Shown: in pieces, positions 61,990 to 64,000 of the stretch
Layout: every line of letters starts with the position of its first letter
Position numbering within the stretch: position 1 is the stretch's first letter
Assembly: GCA_044892525.1 (NCBI GenBank)
Contig: CM097885.1
Location: 51,896,001-51,960,000 of the forward strand
Direction: 5' to 3'
Length of the DNA: 64,000 nt
DNA from: Schmidtea polychroa
Taxonomy: Eukaryota
Program-made: the position numbers and the translations under genes
Notes under the pieces: generated by a model
Databases searched by the model: none
The model's input: only the letters and a program-made list of their open reading frames with translations
What the model was told of the DNA's origin: nothing

Positions 61990-62900
61990 ATGTCAGATAG
62001 ATTTCAAAGCGTTATAGTTACTGGTTTTCGAGAAAAGTAGTAGCCAAGAAATTACTGCACAACTACAGAATGTTTACAAGAATGAGAGAAGAAATCATTT
62101 ACAACTGGATTCGTGTTTTTAAAAGTGAGTACATTAGTGATTTGGAAAAGCTTGACAGACATGTGAGAGTTGGAAATAAGAAGAAAGAAATAGATAAAGT
62201 CATCATGATAGACAGTCGCTCTGTAATAAGAGACATGGCACAACTTCTAAACATCTACAAAGGTATGTTGCATAATTTGCTGAATAAAAAGGACACCAGG
62301 AAACTGTATTCACGATTTCTTACGGTTAACAATGCAAACTTGAGTGTTGTCAAAAAAATCTTTGAATATCTTGGTGATACCTTTCTGAAATACAATCACA
62401 GAAGATGAGGCATCTTCGAGCTATATAGATATGTGAAACCAAACGTGAATCTGTCGAATGGAAGAGAAACAAGAACAAGAAATATCCGATGTTCACAATA
62501 TTTTTGGACATGAAAGTCTTTCTTAAAATGGATTTCGTTCCATCAGATATCAAAATAAACATCGACTATTATGTACAACTGGTAAAGGAATCAAGAAGAA
62601 AGCGGCAGATAAGTGGAAATAATAATGAACTCTGGCTATTGCATGACAATAATCCAATTCAATCATCCCACCTGACCACATCTAAAATTGATTTTAGTGC
62701 TTCACCCAACTTAAAGTTTCATCATCGTTATTAGTAATTTTCACCTCTTTCGTTGACCGAAGTAGGTTTTGCAAGACAAGTCCTTTGATTGTGCCAGTGA
62801 TTTGCAGCAGTATATCATACTCAAAAACTTTCTATGAAAAAGGTATTTTGGACTTGCTGTCACGATGGCGGAAATGCGTGGATATTGGTGAAGTTTACAG
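61990..62900 (+). mobile_element. Degenerate mariner transposase
   Basis: IYNWIRVFK (HTH), IRDMAQLLNI, RKLYSRF, ITEDE, WLLHDN, RWRKCV fragments across several frames. Confidence 0.82.
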
Positions 62901-64000
62901 TGAGAAATAAACCTTTACACTTTGGTTGTTTGTTACTGAAGGTTAGAATAAAATCGGTTGTCGAGTCTCAATATTTATTGGGCTCATCTGTTTGTCTGCG
63001 TGTCACAAGAATTCCTAAAAAACGAACAGTATCGATGTGATACATGCCATTTCTAGGTCAACTGTGCTATTTTCAACTTTCAACCTTTCCTCTACAAGTT
63101 TCAGGCCTCAAGTTGATAAACGAGCGCTACTTGCATAGCCACCTGTTTGTCAGAATGCCAAGGGCGTAGGATCCATGAACATTATTCATCGACGATGATC
63201 AAAAATCGATTATTGTATATAACTAAATATTGAAATGAATTTGTGATGACAGTATGAATAATTATAATTAATAATGAACGGATTTGAATATATTTCGAGC
63301 GCAGCTAGGTAATAAAACTGTATATGATTCTACTATTGGATTATATTATACAGGACGTTTTTCTTTTTATGACTTCAATTTCTTTCGAAATACTCCTATT
63401 ACTCTCTTTGTATTGTAAATTTCTCTGCATCTTCAATTACCAGCATTAGAGAAGACTATTAGCACTCAGGCATTATTTCTTTATAATTTCGCAAAACTTG
63501 AATAGTTTGATTGTTTAAGACAACCAACTTCAAAACTCACCATCTTGTTAATGTTTGCTTTGTCATATTATTTCATTTCTCAATTCTAATCTTAAATTTA
63601 ATTTTTGGTCACAACTTCGCTTCAAATGACAAGAAATGTAATCTATTTCAATCTCGAGTTTACAAAATTCTTTACGATAGTGGATTCATTAATTGGTCTT
63701 GTGCAGTAGAAGCATATGTCCAATTCTTAGCAAATGTGACTTATTTTGTCTTACATGGTTTAAATCTCCTGAATTATCTACACACTCATCATTCAGCTAT
63801 TGATATCATAATTAATTTAACTATTTTTTATCTTTTAAACCAGATACACTCAGCTAATAGTTTCAACCCGAGAATACTAATTGCCATTAGCTTCCTTTAA
63901 CCATTATTTTGTCTCATTTCCATTTCAATTCAATTTACTCAAGATATGTCTCTTGAATGAATATTTTTCTTTTGATTGTGCATCGATGGATTCAATACTC

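Noticed and set aside
63511..63900. 129-aa ORF
   Set aside because: Non-ATG start and no motif; probably antisense to a decayed repeat within the host gene's intron.

Overview
AT-rich, transposon-dense animal genomic DNA with 44-49 bp introns and (ATT)n microsatellites; this looks flatworm-like, but the host cannot be identified from sequence alone. The first 34 kb hold three Polinton/Maverick (adintovirus-like) elements. (A) The right part of a partly decayed element (1-9032). (B) An older, degenerate element of a different lineage (about 9033-11600) next to an intronless TBP-like pseudogene. (C) A complete, young 15,074-bp element (18970-34043) with AGTAGT termini, about 1.17-kb TIRs and a perfect 6-bp TSD (AAGATT). 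Element C encodes a major capsid protein, a ZnF-PLA2-integrase fusion, a packaging ATPase, a pX-like core protein, adenain, penton, a fibre-like protein, a GasderminX-like membrane protein and pPolB. The most striking unexplained signal is inside the TIRs of C: two tandem tRNA-like Pol III units (A box, B box, oligo-T terminator), reminiscent of adenovirus VA RNA I/II, followed by a GC-rich, highly base-paired segment of about 370 nt. The rest of the window contains Penelope remnants with a hammerhead-like motif, several MITEs, a decayed Gypsy element, mariner and MULE remnants, and the 5' part of a host eIF4E-transporter (4E-T) gene.
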